64,000 nt of DNA from Erysipelotrichaceae bacterium (lineage in GTDB: Bacteria; Bacillota_I; Bacilli_A; RFN20; CAG-449): the NCBI GenBank assembly GCA_015059045.1, contig SVBD01000008.1, positions 9,355 to 73,354 on the forward strand, given 5' to 3'. Made by a program: the position numbers and the translations under genes. The notes beneath the pieces were generated by a model. It did not search any database and was not told the DNA's origin. It worked only from the letters and a program-made list of their open reading frames with translations. Of this stretch, positions 63,201-64,000 are shown piece by piece (the stretch's first letter is position 1; each line of letters starts with the position of its first letter).

Positions 63201-64000
63201 GCAGTATTTAATTTAACATTAACTCCTGGAGGATTTGATGAATATGGTAATGCTTCACGTTATGCAAAAGTAATTCACTATTCAAGTGAAGATCCTTCTA
63301 TCTTCTACGAAGATGAAAATGGATTTAAATTTATTTGTTATGAAGATACAAAAGTATTATATGGAACACCTGCTCCAATTGATGGATATTTAGAATTACC
63401 AGAATCATTTACATATAATGAAGAAGTAATTACAGAATATACTATCGCTCCTAATACTTTCGCTGTTGTAAACGGATTAAAAGAATTAGTAATTCCAAAT
63501 AGTGTTACAGATTTAGCTGAAGGTGTCTTTGGCGGTTGTTCTTCATTAGAAAAATTAACAATTCCTTCAATGTATGGAAAAACATTATATGCTTTATTTG
63601 GATGTGAAGAAGCAGATGATATGGAGACTTCTTTAGAAGAAGTATATGTAACTAATGAAACTACAGATATTGCAGAAAGAGCATTCTATAATTGCGATTC
63701 GTTAGTAGTAATCCATATTGAAGGTACACTAGAAAATGTTGGTGCTTATGCATTTGGTTATTGTGATAGCTTAGAAGAAGTAATTCTTGCTGATTCAATT
63801 AAAACATTTAGCATTAGTGTATTTAGTAATTCAGGTTCATTAAAGAAAGTATGGTTACCTGCTTCATTAGAAGTTATTGAAAGTAACTTATTCTATTATT
63901 CAAAAGGTTCATTAAAAGAATTAAGAACACCATTTTTAGGTGAAAGCAGAGATGCAACAGATAACTGTTCAGTCAAATACTTATTTGATAATAGCGCTAG
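60300..64000 (+). CDS. Very large surface lipoprotein (more than 1233 aa; 3' end beyond the window): lipobox, Gly/Ser linker, 5-6 tandem Cys4 repeats, then BspA-type leucine-rich repeats (LRR_5)
   Basis: Hand-translated frame has no stop to the window end, which is why it is missing from the ORF track. MKMKKIFMFMPFLLAGFLLTLASC|GNLGGGGSS. Repeats of form HN..Y...ATC..EG...YY.C..C. From about aa 330, LRR_5 units such as SLESLSLPQSCQKIGSYAFADCTSLKHINL / VVEIDEYAFADCTSLESVSI / KIAERAFEDCHNLETVVF. Confidence 0.75.
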   Translation, partial: MKMKKIFMFMPFLLAGFLLTLASCGNLGGGGSSVSGGGKGEHNWTLVTGKPATCQEEGMKDYYTCSHCNEYKGTDGSIYTSLDEFILPRVDHNYNYVGGFTGCEGEGLKTHFTCEYCDTLFDEYKNPTTEEELKVIGQHNLNYVYGYEASCTSEGRVAYYECLKCMECFEDENATVKINREDTIIPSTHNLTHYDEVKATCDNSGNKEYWHCNSCYTYFLSEEAVTSAEWSEIYLPQLQHSFTKYEVESEETCETDRVEVAHCDHEGCDEIDTKTIENSKLGHNFVDGKCTNCQCDEFSEGLEYYIEIDENDEAGIVITGLGTCTDRDIIIPEKLKGIPVVAVNFYYSIDIDSIYIPNTVRSIRRINSSSLKEVIFDENCALEELEYEAFRWCTSLESLSLPQSCQKIGSYAFADCTSLKHINLDFVVEIDEYAFADCTSLESVSIQRATKIGANAFYNTTGLGRVEMNQATALETIGFYCFRNSGLTYISLPKSLSKIAERAFEDCHNLETVVFQQGNTYIDEYAFFGCDSLKEINLPKSIVSIGDSAFKDCASLEVVKMDSTVLETVGESAFEGCESLKEIYMPNNTDVDFLAGAFIDAEAIETVYISNTHVNQWLTYNFSDETSNPLYVGNVTVKAYVSQVNDYVEIDGIDLTTTYGTTVPHYAFYNTKYEIKGLESVIFAGDYAFAKVDTLVNIYLDKCAFIGVGAFSDCKNLETVRFLTIDSPTPAAICGRAFAGCDKITNLVIPDYIDEFGMGAFDGLFNLRSLSLPFIGLENKSSEDTYQYPLGILFSRESTSGVDTYSVTQQYYKDSLNNLVSETFYIPSSLKHLSVTSQEELLTGSLMNIKLDSLTINENCLTLNNNYNISGDSLIKHFVYEGTLEKWFRAKIIGLTYTGDYFYTYEDGVRTLLEHIVIPENIININSNLFHGVQSVRSLTIDHKVLCNVNYAFLCPNLYEIYITADPAVFNLTLTPGGFDEYGNASRYAKVIHYSSEDPSIFYEDENGFKFICYEDTKVLYGTPAPIDGYLELPESFTYNEEVITEYTIAPNTFAVVNGLKELVIPNSVTDLAEGVFGGCSSLEKLTIPSMYGKTLYALFGCEEADDMETSLEEVYVTNETTDIAERAFYNCDSLVVIHIEGTLENVGAYAFGYCDSLEEVILADSIKTFSISVFSNSGSLKKVWLPASLEVIESNLFYYSKGSLKELRTPFLGESRDATDNCSVKYLFDNSA

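Overview
Low-GC (~28-30% GC) bacterial chromosome segment, apparently read with the standard genetic code (Trp is TGG; no in-frame TGA was noticed in the genes examined). Gene content looks Firmicutes/Mollicutes-like (wall-less or Erysipelotrichia-type): many lipoproteins, PFOR-based fermentation, nucleoside salvage, and no de novo nucleotide genes in the window. The second half (45.7-60.1 kb) is the complete S10-spc-alpha ribosomal protein operon, rpsJ through rplQ. It includes secY, adk, map, infA, a 37-aa rpmJ absent from the ORF track, and rpoA, and it lacks rpmD. The first ~9 kb is an accessory-looking island of surface and secreted nucleases. These are an SNase-like fragment, an EndA-family endonuclease, and a barnase-like RNase lipoprotein, accompanied by OB-fold-rich lipoproteins, a uridine kinase and a tRNA-Lys(CUU). 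The middle carries housekeeping genes: aspC-like, ung, rluD-family, cysS-rlmB-sigH-like, alr, tsaEB-rimI-tsaD, tgt-queA-queH, galU, PFOR, an FNR-like reductase and a CDF transporter. It also carries a fatty-acid kinase cluster (FakA, a lipase-like hydrolase, FakB/DegV, an acyltransferase-like gene) and a two-component system. Further items are a Crh-like HPr paralog (His15 replaced by Thr, Ser46 kept) and a UDP-galactopyranose-mutase-like flavoenzyme next to a GT-C membrane glycosyltransferase. A candidate phase-variable promoter has a G9 homopolymer inside a TTGACA-N19-TATAAT spacer. The window ends inside a surface lipoprotein of more than 1230 aa, built from novel Cys4 tandem repeats followed by BspA-type leucine-rich repeats. 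No CRISPR array, rRNA or obvious mobile element was seen.
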